DNA of 64,000 nucleotides from Mantamonas sphyraenae STR306 (lineage: Eukaryota > Protista > CRuMs): the NCBI GenBank assembly GCA_026936335.1, contig JAPMXV010000036.1:124001-188000 (forward strand), read 5' to 3'. Under the pieces are notes generated by a model. It made no database searches. It was not told the DNA's origin and saw only the letters and a list, made by a program, of their open reading frames with translations. Of the stretch, positions 23,530 through 33,864 are shown piece after piece; the stretch's first letter is position 1, and each line of letters begins with the position of its first letter. Position numbers and translations under genes: made by a program.

Positions 23530-25079
23530 ATGTTTGAACCATTCATTCAACCAGCAGAGGAGGCAGAGCGGCTGGCAAGCGAAGGAAAGGTGGAGTCCCT
23601 TCCTGACGGCCGCCGCTTTGTGTTTCCACGCAGCGCCACGACGTTTCTGATCAAAACATACCTTATCCTGGAGAATCCAGACACGCAACACATCGTCTCA
23701 TGGGACTGGGGCGAGTACAATTGCGAGGACAGTGGTGTGGACGACCATGTGGACGAAAGTAGCAGACGGACCACACCACGACGCAGCGCCGCTCGCCGCG
23801 CAATCACCCTCAGAGAGCCCAAAGAGGCGTTCTACAACGGATACACGGCGCAAAGCAACGCAGAGAACCCGTGTCGCTTTGTGGTGCACAACACAGACCT
23901 GTTTGAAAGCAACGTGCTCCAGTCCGCCTTCAAGCACAATCGGCTTTCGTCCTTCGTTCGTCAACTCAACAGTTACGGCTTCCACAAGGTCGACACAGAC
24001 ACCTTTATGCATCCCATGTTCCGCAGAGTGGACCTACAGAGCATAGGGATGATCCGCCGCAAGGCAACTTCTCACCAGGTAAGCTGCACACTTCCCCCCT
24101 TTTTTCGGCGTCGCGGTCCTTCGCGAGGTTTGTGGATCGGAGCCGGCGACTTTTGACCCCCACAAGGCGCCTTAGGCTCTCCGGTCGGTCCCCATGCCTA
24201 TGGGGGCCCCGGCACCTAATCGACCAACACGGGTGTGTGCAATTGTGCACATTGAAATCACTCGTACTGTGAATACTCACACAAAAGCGCGCACACGGGT
24301 GTTTTTTTTTTCGCGCAGGCCCGGCCCAAGCGCAAGCACGTCTCCTCCACCAACAACAGCACGGAGGAGGCACCCGCAGGCACCACCGCCTCGCCGGCGA
24401 GCAGCTCTTCCAACAAAACGACACCCAAGGGCCAATCGTCAGCTAGGGACATCACGCAAGCGCGCAAACGGCAGCGAGTGAGCAAATCGACGTCTGCCGC
24501 AAATCCGAACTGGCGCCCCAACTCCATGGCCGGCGTGCTCGCCAGTGAGCTTCCTGTGGTGCCGGCGGCAGGAGTGATGAGCATGTACTCGCCTCAGAAC
24601 CTCACTGCGCAGGCCATGACCATGTCCCTGCACGCATTGCAGAACAACGGACGCGGCAGCAGCATGAATGGCCCCACTCCGTCCCCTACGGCAAAGGCCA
24701 ACATGGACTCAGGTGTGCCTGCCATGGACGGGTTGGACAGCAAATCACGAGAGTTGGTCCTTCTCAAGGCCCAACGCGCTGTGTACGTGGAACAGATTCG
24801 TGCGATGCAACTGGAGTTGCAAAACCAACAAGGCGCGCTGCACCTGATGGAGCAGGAGTTGCAGAAAACACAGGCGTTGGCGCAACGCTATGCCATCACC
24901 GTGCAACACCTTCAGAGCCTTGTAAACAGCAAGAGCGACACAGCAAGCACAGGTGACAGGAGCACGGCAAGCAGCGACTCGTCGAGTCACAGCCACCATT
25001 CGTTGAGCAAACAGACGGGATCTGCAGGCGACGGAGGGGTGGGCATGACACGCGAGCAGCAGCAGCAGCAGCAACAAAG

Positions 25080-25111
<32 letters not shown>

Positions 25112-26056
25112 AGGAGAATGGGCATGGGAGCAGCGACAACACCGAACATTGCCAGTGCGAGACACATCATGAGCATGATGGAACGGGCACACAACATGCG
25201 CAACGAGGTCGCCAAAAACAACGGCACACATCTGGGTGACCCGTCACAGTCGCCGTCTGGGTCGACAGCGAGCACACAGCTGAGTACCGCATCGACGAGC
25301 TTGAACGGCAGCAACAGCAACAGCAACAGCATCAGTGATGGAAGCATCGGAGGCAACGATGGGCTGAGCAAACGCAGCAAGAGCAGACACAGCCAGGACA
25401 AAGAAAGGCCAGGAAGCAGACACAGCAGCGAGAGTCACAGCAGCAACAGCACGGAACAGCAACGGGCACACAATCACACCACAAAGACATCCACAGATGA
25501 CTCCAACAGCGAAGGGGGACGCTCACGCAGCAGCGGAACGGACAGTTCGGGCAGCCGCGGCAGCAGTGCAAGCAGCTCACGCAGCAGCAAGAGCCGCAGC
25601 AGAACTCGAGGGCAGCCCAGCGCCAAGGGTCGGCGTAGGGCACGATTCTCACGCAGACGCACCGTTCAATCCAGCGAGTCACCTCCGTTCAGTGTGTCGA
25701 TGACAACCACAAGGATGAGCGACGACGACAGCGACGGCGGACGAAGTCGCATCAGCGGAGGCAGTGGCAACGGCGGAAGCAATTCCAACAGCAGCACCTC
25801 GGGGGTGTTCAGCATGATTTCATCACCTGATGCTCTGGATGAATCTGTGACGGAACTGCTGCGCCAGGCCCCGATGAACCTGTCCAACCGCAGCCAAAAC
25901 ATCATCACCCTCACAGGCACGGGCGACAACGTACTCATTTCAGAGAGCAACTCGATGGAGTCACGGAGTCGAGAGGACAGGCGGCCACGCGAGGCGGATA
26001 TGGATTTGGACATGAACGATCAGGGTGTGCTGATGGGATGGAACCCAGTTGGATGA
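23530..26056 (+). CDS. HSF-type transcription factor, paralog A (start could be 23494 or 23341)
   Basis: FLIKTYLILE..IVSW, then a ~50-aa insert, then FKHNRLSSFVRQLNSYGFHKV..FMHPMFRR..IRRK. Intron 24079-24318; coiled coil; Ser-rich tail ending LMGWNPVG. One frameshift in the CAA repeat at ~25078. Confidence 0.85.
25057..25110. repeat. CAG/CAA trinucleotide tract in HSF-A containing the frameshift
   Basis: (CAG)5 CAA CAA A GAA (CAA)n. Confidence 0.85.
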
Positions 26057-26195
26057 TTTGGGGGGTGACTTCCGCCGCCCGAACGCCCGGGAAACATGCA
26101 CAGGGATGTGGAAAGGGAAGGAAAGCAGGACGAGAATGAAACACAACAGAACAGAGTGCATTGCCACTTTCACGGGATGAGGTGGGAGTGGGGAG

Positions 26196-28007
26196 ATGCG
26201 CGACGGTGAGAACACTGAAATCACACGTGTGGGCATGGACATTGACGACGCGGACAAGGAGGTGGTGTTGAAGGGAGAGGAGGACGATGGGGCAGTGTAC
26301 ATGGGATCCCTGGCCGAACAGATGGCCAGTGGGCAGCTAAACAGGAGCAGCAAGGAAGAGGCACTGGAACGCGGAAGGCGGGCCGGGAACATCAACGTGC
26401 TGGAACGGGGCAAGGGCAAGGGCAAGGGCAAAGGTGGAAAGAGGGGAAGTGGTGGTGGAGGAAAGGGTGGCAGCGGGGATGGGGACGGGGATGGGGAGAG
26501 TGAAGACGAGGAGGAGGAGGAAGACGACGACGACGACGACGACGTGATGGAACTGAGCGAAGTGGCACTTGCAAGCGTGCAGGAACGGAAGGAACTGGAA
26601 CGGGAGTTTGAACGGAGGAGCAAACTGACGCGAGTGGTTGTGCCTGCACTGGACAAGGATGTGCGAGCACGGTTGCGGTCGTTGGAGCAGCCAGTGACGC
26701 TGTTTGGAGAAGGGACGGAGGATCGGAAGAACCGACTGCGAGCACTGCTGGTGGAGTATGGAGGAGAGGTGGGAGAGCTGCCAAAGAGCAGAGCAGAGGT
26801 GAATGCAATGCTGAAGCAAAGGCAGGAAGAGGCAGCGGCGGCAACATTGGCACGAAGGGCAAAGGAGAAGGAAAGGGCAGCGGAGGTGGTGTACACGGAG
26901 GGGAGTGTGACACTGAAGGAGGCACGTGAACGGATAGCCAAGTATTCATTGGCACGTGCCAAGGTGCGTGTGGAGGCGGAACGGGCACGGGAGGCGGAGG
27001 AGGATGCAGAATCGGAGGAGGGACTGCGACGGGTGGCCAAGGCACATCGAGAGGAGAAGCGACGGTATGGGGCGTTTGGGGCACATGCATCGCAGTTTGG
27101 AGGGACACGGCCTGTGGTGGGATGCAGTGTGGGAGGGAAGGCGGGAGAGGAGGTTGTGGGAACGGCGTGTTGGACGGGAGGGGTGGCTGTGTGGAGTGCA
27201 GTGACATGCAAGGAGATTGTGCGTATGGAAGGGCACGAAGAGAGGGCAACGGGGGTGAAGATGCATCCACGTGTGGTGGAGGGAGGACTGGAAGGAGTGG
27301 GCAAGGGAGAGGTTGGGCTGGCAAGCTGTGGGGCAGACGGGGTGGCGAAACTGTGGAGTGTGGAGGGAGGAGCAGCGTTGGGAGAGCTGAAGGGACACGG
27401 GGGAAGGCTGACGGGGATCGCATTCCATCCGAGTGGGGAGTACGTGGGCACATGTGCACACGATGGGACGTGGCGACTGTGGGATGTGGAACGACAGGAG
27501 TGTGTGCTTGTGCAGGATGGACACTACTCGACACCGTACGATGTGAGCATGCAGTGTGACGGGTCGCTTGCGGTGACGGGTGGACTGGATGCAATGTTGC
27601 GAGTGTGGGATTTGCGGACGGGTCGGAGTGTGCTTGCGCTGCAGGGACACGTGAAGGAGGTGTTGTGTGTGGACTTTGCACCGAATGGGTATCAAGTGGC
27701 GAGTGGGTCGATGGACAATGCGATACGAGTGTGGGATCTGCGGCGGAAGGAGTGTGTGTACACGATGGCAGGACACCAGAAGCTTGTGAGTGGGGTGCGG
27801 TGGACGGGGCGGAACGGAGGGGTGCTTGTGAGCAGCTCGTTTGATGGGAGTGTGCGGACGTGGAGTGGACGGGACTTTGGGTTGATTGGGGTGTTGGCAA
27901 GTCACGACGACAAGGTGATGTGTGTGGATGCGGGGGTGGACGGGGAGTGCATTGTGAGTGGCGGGTATGACAAGACGTTCAAGGTGTGGAGGGAAGAGAT
28001 GTTGTGA
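26196..28007 (+). CDS. PRPF4: U4/U6 snRNP protein Prp4 (WD40), copy 1
   Basis: Prp4/SFM motif VRARLRSLEQPVTLFGEGTEDRKNRLR, YTEG..LKEARERIAKYSLARA, then seven WD40 repeats. Intronless. Confidence 0.92.
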   Translation: MRDGENTEITRVGMDIDDADKEVVLKGEEDDGAVYMGSLAEQMASGQLNRSSKEEALERGRRAGNINVLERGKGKGKGKGGKRGSGGGGKGGSGDGDGDGESEDEEEEEDDDDDDDVMELSEVALASVQERKELEREFERRSKLTRVVVPALDKDVRARLRSLEQPVTLFGEGTEDRKNRLRALLVEYGGEVGELPKSRAEVNAMLKQRQEEAAAATLARRAKEKERAAEVVYTEGSVTLKEARERIAKYSLARAKVRVEAERAREAEEDAESEEGLRRVAKAHREEKRRYGAFGAHASQFGGTRPVVGCSVGGKAGEEVVGTACWTGGVAVWSAVTCKEIVRMEGHEERATGVKMHPRVVEGGLEGVGKGEVGLASCGADGVAKLWSVEGGAALGELKGHGGRLTGIAFHPSGEYVGTCAHDGTWRLWDVERQECVLVQDGHYSTPYDVSMQCDGSLAVTGGLDAMLRVWDLRTGRSVLALQGHVKEVLCVDFAPNGYQVASGSMDNAIRVWDLRRKECVYTMAGHQKLVSGVRWTGRNGGVLVSSSFDGSVRTWSGRDFGLIGVLASHDDKVMCVDAGVDGECIVSGGYDKTFKVWREEML

Positions 28008-28124
28008 GTGGAAGAGGTGGGGAGGTAGGTGGAGGGTGTGAACAGGGGGAGGGTGGAGTGTGGAGGGTGGTGGAGAAAGGGATGGGTGGTGGGAGGTGGA
28101 GAACATTGGATGGATTTTGTTTGG

Positions 28125-28227
28125 TCAGAGCTTGGCTTCTTGATGGTCTTGCTTCCACAGGAGGTGTTCATCGCGCTGCATCTCTTGGACAGTGAGGTCG
28201 TACACGGTGCCAGCGTCCATGAGCTTG
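28125..28227 (-). pseudogene. Duplicated 3' fragment (last 33 codons) of the AAC(3)-like gene, carried by the left IR arm
   Basis: KLMDAGTVYDLTVQEMQRDEHLLWKQDHQEAKL* is identical to the C-terminus of 28291-29186, in opposite orientation. Confidence 0.9.
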
Positions 28228-28290
28228 TATTCGCCCAGCCACAGAGACAGCTGGTCGACGCCGTCTCTGCCATCGCAATAGCAAAACCAG

Positions 28291-29186
28291 ATGAGCAGCA
28301 GCAACGATAACGAGAACAAGCTGACGCAGGAAGAGTTGGAGGATGGATTCAAGAAGTTGGGTCTGAAAGAAGGAGACATGGTGCTGGTTCACTCGTCGTA
28401 CAAGTCGTTTGGAGGCGTTGAGGGTGGGCCGGCTACGGTTATCTCGACGCTGATGGCTGTGCTGGGTGACGAGGGCACACTGATCATGCCCACGTTCAAC
28501 TTTGCCTTTTGCAGGGGTAAGTCATCGGGCGTGTGTGCATGTGGGGTGTCAGAAAGGGGGAGGAGGACCGCTGACGTGTGGTTTTGGGGGCCGGAAAAAT
28601 TGCGCGGTTGCCTACAGGCGAAGCATACGACGCACGTACTACACCATCGAAGATGGGAGCCATGACAGAGATGGTACGCACAAACGAGGCAGCTCGGACG
28701 GTGATGCATCCATGGTACTCGTTTGCTGTACTCGGGGCAAGGGCTGAGGAACTGAGCAAGATCAAGGCCAAGGACGCGTACTCGGACGAAAGCCTACTGG
28801 GACAGCTGGCACCCATGGGAGCCAAGATCATGGTGATTGGGTTGGAGTACAACATGAGCATGACCTACTTTCACCATGTGGAATGGATGCAAAAGGTGCA
28901 CTACCGCTACTTCAAGGATTTTACGGGAACGGTGACCGACCTGGATGGCAACACGTACGAGGACACGTTTCCCTTTTTCGTACGGGACATCGACATGGGT
29001 GTGGTTACGCAGGTCAACCCCATGGGAGAGCGGTTGGACGAACTCGGGGCTGTGGCAAAACAGACCATCGGCAAGTCAGAGTGCAAGCTCATGGACGCTG
29101 GCACCGTGTACGACCTCACTGTCCAAGAGATGCAGCGCGATGAACACCTCCTGTGGAAGCAGGACCATCAAGAAGCCAAGCTCTGA
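28291..29186 (+). CDS. AAC(3)/YokD-family (Antibiotic_NAT) acetyltransferase, bacterial-like, with a spliceosomal intron
   Basis: LGLKEGDMVLVHSS..GG..GTLIMPTF, PSKMGAMTE, HPWYSFAVLG, IMVIG..MTYFHHVE. Intron 28517-28617 (GTAAGT..CTGAC..CTACAG). Confidence 0.9.
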
Positions 29187-31281
29187 CCAAACAAAATCCA
29201 TCCAATGTTCTCCATTCCCCGCTCCTCCTTTCTCCACCTCCCACCACCCATCCCTTCTCCACCCTCCCCCTGTTCCCACCCTCCACCCACCTCCCCACCT
29301 CTTCCACTCACAACATCTCTTCCCTCCACACCTTGAACGTCTTGTCATACCCGCCACTCACAATGCACTCCCCGTCCACCCCCGCATCCACACACATCAC
29401 CTTGTCGTCGTGACTTGCCAACACCCCAATCAACCCAAAGTCCCGTCCACTCCACGTCCGCACACTCCCATCAAACGAGCTGCTCACAAGCACCCCTCCG
29501 TTCCGCCCCGTCCACCGCACCCCACTCACAAGCTTCTGGTGTCCTGCCATCGTGTACACACACTCCTTCCGCCGCAGATCCCACACTCGTATCGCATTGT
29601 CCATCGACCCACTCGCCACTTGATACCCATTCGGTGCAAAGTCCACACACAACACCTCCTTCACGTGTCCCTGCAGCGCAAGCACACTCCGACCCGTCCG
29701 CAAATCCCACACTCGCAACATTGCATCCAGTCCACCCGTCACCGCAAGCGACCCGTCACACTGCATGCTCACATCGTACGGTGTCGAGTAGTGTCCATCC
29801 TGCACAAGCACACACTCCTGTCGTTCCACATCCCACAGTCGCCACGTCCCATCGTGTGCACATGTGCCCACGTACTCCCCACTCGGATGGAATGCAATCC
29901 CCGTCAGTCTTCCCCCGTGTCCCTTCAGCTCTCCCAACGCTGCTCCTCCCTCCACACTCCACAGTTTCGCCACCCCGTCTGCCCCACAGCTTGCCAGCCC
30001 AACCTCTCCCTTGCCCACTCCTTCCAGTCCTCCCTCCACCACACGTGGATGCATCTTCACCCCCGTTGCCCTCTCTTCGTGCCCTTCCATACGCACAATC
30101 TCCTTGCATGTCACTGCACTCCACACAGCCACCCCTCCCGTCCAACACGCCGTTCCCACAACCTCCTCTCCCGCCTTCCCTCCCACACTGCATCCCACCA
30201 CAGGCCGTGTCCCTCCAAACTGCGATGCATGTGCCCCAAACGCCCCATACCGTCGCTTCTCCTCTCGATGTGCCTTGGCCACCCGTCGCAGTCCCTCCTC
30301 CGATTCTGCATCCTCCTCCGCCTCCCGTGCCCGTTCCGCCTCCACACGCACCTTGGCACGTGCCAATGAATACTTGGCTATCCGTTCACGTGCCTCCTTC
30401 AGTGTCACACTCCCCTCCGTGTACACCACCTCCGCTGCCCTTTCCTTCTCCTTTGCCCTTCGTGCCAATGTTGCCGCCGCTGCCTCTTCCTGCCTTTGCT
30501 TCAGCATTGCATTCACCTCTGCTCTGCTCTTTGGCAGCTCTCCCACCTCTCCTCCATACTCCACCAGCAGTGCTCGCAGTCGGTTCTTCCGATCCTCCGT
30601 CCCTTCTCCAAACAGCGTCACTGGCTGCTCCAACGACCGCAACCGTGCTCGCACATCCTTGTCCAGTGCAGGCACAACCACTCGCGTCAGTTTGCTCCTC
30701 CGTTCAAACTCCCGTTCCAGTTCCTTCCGTTCCTGCACGCTTGCAAGTGCCACTTCGCTCAGTTCCATCACGTCGTCGTCGTCGTCTTCCTCCTCCTCCT
30801 CGTCTTCACTCTCCCCATCCCCGTTCCCATCCCCGCTGCCACCCTTTCCTCCACCACCACTTCCCCTCTTTCCACCTTTGCCCTTGCCCTTGCCCTTGCC
30901 CCGTTCCAGCACGTTGATGTTCCCGGCCCGCCTTCCGCGTTCCAGTGCCTCTTCCTTGCTGCTCCTGTTTAGCTGCCCACTGGCCATCTGTTCGGCCAGG
31001 GATCCCATGTACACTGCCCCATCGTCCTCCTCTCCCTTCAACACCACCTCCTTGTCCGCGTCGTCAATGTCCATGCCCACACGCGTGATTCCAGTGCTCT
31101 CACCGTCGCGCATCTCCCCACTCCCACCTCATCCCGTGAAAGTGGCAATGCACTCTGTTCTGTTGTGTTTCATTCTCGTCCTGCTCTCCTTCCCTTTCCA
31201 CATCCCTGTGCATGTTTCCCGGGCGTTCGGGCGGCGGAAGTCACCCCCCAAATCATCCCACTGGGTTCCATCCCATCAGCA
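29084..31281. repeat. Right arm of the 2.2-kb inverted repeat (partner 26028-28227)
   Basis: Contains the AAC 3' end, PRP4 copy 2 and the last 9 codons of HSF-B. Confidence 0.97.
29308..31113 (-). CDS. PRPF4: U4/U6 snRNP protein Prp4 (WD40), copy 2
   Basis: 601 aa, differing from copy 1 by three N-terminal substitutions and two fewer Asp. Confidence 0.92.
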   Translation of the reverse strand: MRDGESTGITRVGMDIDDADKEVVLKGEEDDGAVYMGSLAEQMASGQLNRSSKEEALERGRRAGNINVLERGKGKGKGKGGKRGSGGGGKGGSGDGNGDGESEDEEEEEDDDDDVMELSEVALASVQERKELEREFERRSKLTRVVVPALDKDVRARLRSLEQPVTLFGEGTEDRKNRLRALLVEYGGEVGELPKSRAEVNAMLKQRQEEAAAATLARRAKEKERAAEVVYTEGSVTLKEARERIAKYSLARAKVRVEAERAREAEEDAESEEGLRRVAKAHREEKRRYGAFGAHASQFGGTRPVVGCSVGGKAGEEVVGTACWTGGVAVWSAVTCKEIVRMEGHEERATGVKMHPRVVEGGLEGVGKGEVGLASCGADGVAKLWSVEGGAALGELKGHGGRLTGIAFHPSGEYVGTCAHDGTWRLWDVERQECVLVQDGHYSTPYDVSMQCDGSLAVTGGLDAMLRVWDLRTGRSVLALQGHVKEVLCVDFAPNGYQVASGSMDNAIRVWDLRRKECVYTMAGHQKLVSGVRWTGRNGGVLVSSSFDGSVRTWSGRDFGLIGVLASHDDKVMCVDAGVDGECIVSGGYDKTFKVWREEML

Positions 31282-33420
31282 ACTGGGCATTGACTGGATC
31301 CGAATCCAACTGGGTACCAGGTGGACGCGTGCGTGGCGACTGCAGACGGTCGTCTGTGCCGTTGCTGTCCACACTCAGGGCTCGGTTTGTCCCTTCCAGC
31401 CCCAGTGCCAAACCAGACTGGCCAAACAATTCCGTTACAGACTGGTCCACCCCCACCGGCGTGGCCAACATGCTAAACACGCCACCCATGCTCTTTTCGC
31501 TCGACGTGCCGCTGTTGCTGCTCTCCTGACCCGTGCTCCCTCCGCTGCTGCCGCTGCTGCTTCCACTGCTGCCCTGGCTGCCTTCACTGGATGGCGACTG
31601 TCTGCGTGTGCTTGAACGACCCTTGCTCTCTTCCGTTTCCCAATCGCCCTTGCCACCGTTGCGCCGTTTGCTACGCCTCGATCGCGAACTGTGATGCTTT
31701 CGTCCGCCACTCGACGAATTGCGATGATGGTGGCTGCTGCCCGAAGATCCCGACGTGCGTGAACGGCTACGTGAACGTGAGCTCGTGCGTGAGCTGCTGT
31801 CGCTGTTGCTGTCGTCCGTGCTCTTGCTGCCCTGCGAACGTCCGCTGCTCGCCGACGAGTAGCTGCCATCCAACATTGTGTAACTCATGTCGCTGCCCAC
31901 ATCACTGGTGCCCGTGCTGTTGCTGTTGCCCGTACGCACCGTGCTAATGCTCTTGTATCCCATGTTGGGAGAAGGCAACTTCTTCCCCAAACCCAGCAGC
32001 CTCGCTTGCCGGATGCCTGGCAATCCCTTGCCCTTGCCCATGCCCCCGGCGATCATGTCGTCCACAGATCCATCCGACGCCACCTCTGCCCCTCCGCCTT
32101 GCATGCGACGCACCACCATGGCGTACTTTTGGGCCACCACTTGCGTTTTGTGGAGTTCCTGCTCCATCATTTTCAGTGCGCTCTGCTGTGCGTGCATTTC
32201 CATCTGCATCGCCTTCATCTGGCCCAGGATCATGTCTCGCTCAGTCTTGAGCAGCATCAGCTCATGCATGTGGTTCTCAGACATCGTGTTCATCGTGTCG
32301 GAGCTGGCTCGAGACGCGGAACTCGCCCCATTGTCGCTTGTCGCTCCGCTTGATTTGCTGCCATTCTGTGTCGCAACCGGGTGTTGGGTCACACGATTGC
32401 CTCCATGGTACACCTGCAGCACATCCGGCTTGATGGAGTTTTCGCCGAGGATGTCGGCAAGCGCGTCGTTTCCTGCCCATTCCGTCCCCTCGTTGTCCCC
32501 GTTTGTTCGTTGACGTTTCTTGCTCTGTCCCACACTGCCAGCGCGTGTGGAGCGGCTGTGCTGCGAACTAATCGTAGAACGAGCATTCATCTCTCGGAAA
32601 TCGACTTCGCCGTCCTGTGTCTCCAACGCCATGTCTGCGGGGGGAACTTTGCGCTTCTTCCGATTCTGCGCGTTTTTTGGGGAGTTAGATTCTGCGCCTC
32701 ACAACCAGCTCCCGCGACACGCACATCCAAGCACACGCCACGCGCATGCACAATATCCGTTCTTCATGTCCCCACACATGCAATGCAAATCGGCTGCACA
32801 GCCCGATCTCCCCACACAAGCAGAACCTGACTTCCGTGGAAGACGGGGTTGCTCAATGGAAGCAATGCGCGATGCTTTTCCACACTTACCCGTGCGCTTG
32901 CAGTCTTGCGTTTGATGCGTCCAATGCTGTGCAAATCCTGCCTACGGAACATAGGATGGCTGAACGTGGAGGTTTCCACCTTGTGGAAGCCGTAGCTGTT
33001 GAGTTGTCGAACGAAGGAGGAAAAGCGGGAATGTTTGAAGGTGTTGCTCAATACTTCCCGCTCAAATGCACCGATGTCGTGGATGACCAGTCGGCACGGG
33101 TTCACTGCGTCGCTGTAGTCCAGATACTCCCCGTTCTCGTCTTTCATCAGTCGTTGGCTCTCATCGTCCGAGGCGTTGCGACGCGTTCCGCGTCGCTTTT
33201 TTCCACTGCCCAAAGGTCGCCCGCCTTTTCCGTACGTCTCCCAGTCCCACGACACGATGTGCTGCGTGTCCGGGCTTTCCAAAATCAGGTACGTCTTGAT
33301 CAGGAAGCTCGTTGTGCTCTTAGGAAACACAAACACACGCCCATCACTGCTGGTTGCCTGCTTCCCGTCAGAACGCAGTGCTGCCGCCTCCTCCTCCGGC
33401 TGTTCATACAGTGTGAACAT
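31253..33420 (-). CDS. HSF-type transcription factor, paralog B
   Basis: MFTLYEQP..FLIKTYLILE..IVSW, then an insert, then FKHSRFSSFVRQLNSYGFHKV..FSHPMFRR. Intron 32889-32666 (GTAAGT..CTAAC..CGCAG) at the same position as in paralog A; NLS KKRKV; coiled coil; ends LMGWNPVG. Confidence 0.88.
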
Positions 33421-33864
33421 GCCCGTCCCGTCTTGTTTTTCTTGTGTATCGCTCACTTTCGGATCTTCCGGTGGTGTAGTGTGTTTCTAGTGATACGGCT
33501 TCTGTGCTACGACTACGGAATGCGCTGAACGGGGTGAGGTGTTTTTTTTTGAGCAGGCAGGCGCAGAAAAATTTTGGGGAGTTGGCCCTGAAGGAGCCTC
33601 CCTCGTCTGATCGCAGCACCAATTTCACAAACGGTCAGAAGCCGCCGCACACTTGAAGCATGTCTACGTCGCCAGCAAAGTCTGTCTCCCCGACAACATG
33701 CTCAACAACCAGCGGGGGGGTGTGACGAAGCCAGGGGGCACTTTCTTCCAGAAAAACCTGGACGTCTTTTTCCGATTGGCACTTTCCACACCACACAACC
33801 AAACCAAGCCCGTCGTTTCCCATCAAAGACGCGCAATCTGTGCATCCGAACACCTGGCAGATGC

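Larger units (their letters stand above)
26028..28227. repeat. Left arm of a 2.2-kb inverted repeat (partner 29084-31281)
   Basis: Reverse complement of the right arm from TGCTGATGGGATGGAACCCAG to CCATGAGCTTG; about a dozen SNPs and a few small indels seen by eye. Confidence 0.97.

Noticed and set aside
26028-31281. Inverted repeat as a pure amplification or assembly fold-back artefact, or as transposon TIRs
   Set aside because: The arms differ by synonymous SNPs and ~20-nt indels and are continued outward by anciently diverged paralogs at exactly matching positions. There is no transposase or TSD. A haplotype mis-join still needs excluding with spanning reads.
25961-31615. Long Pro/Ser/His-rich ORFs antisense to PRP4 (e.g. 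26392-27900, 29415-30917, 29864-31615)
   Set aside because: Shadow ORFs caused by extreme purine skew of the PRP4 coding strand; no domain signal.
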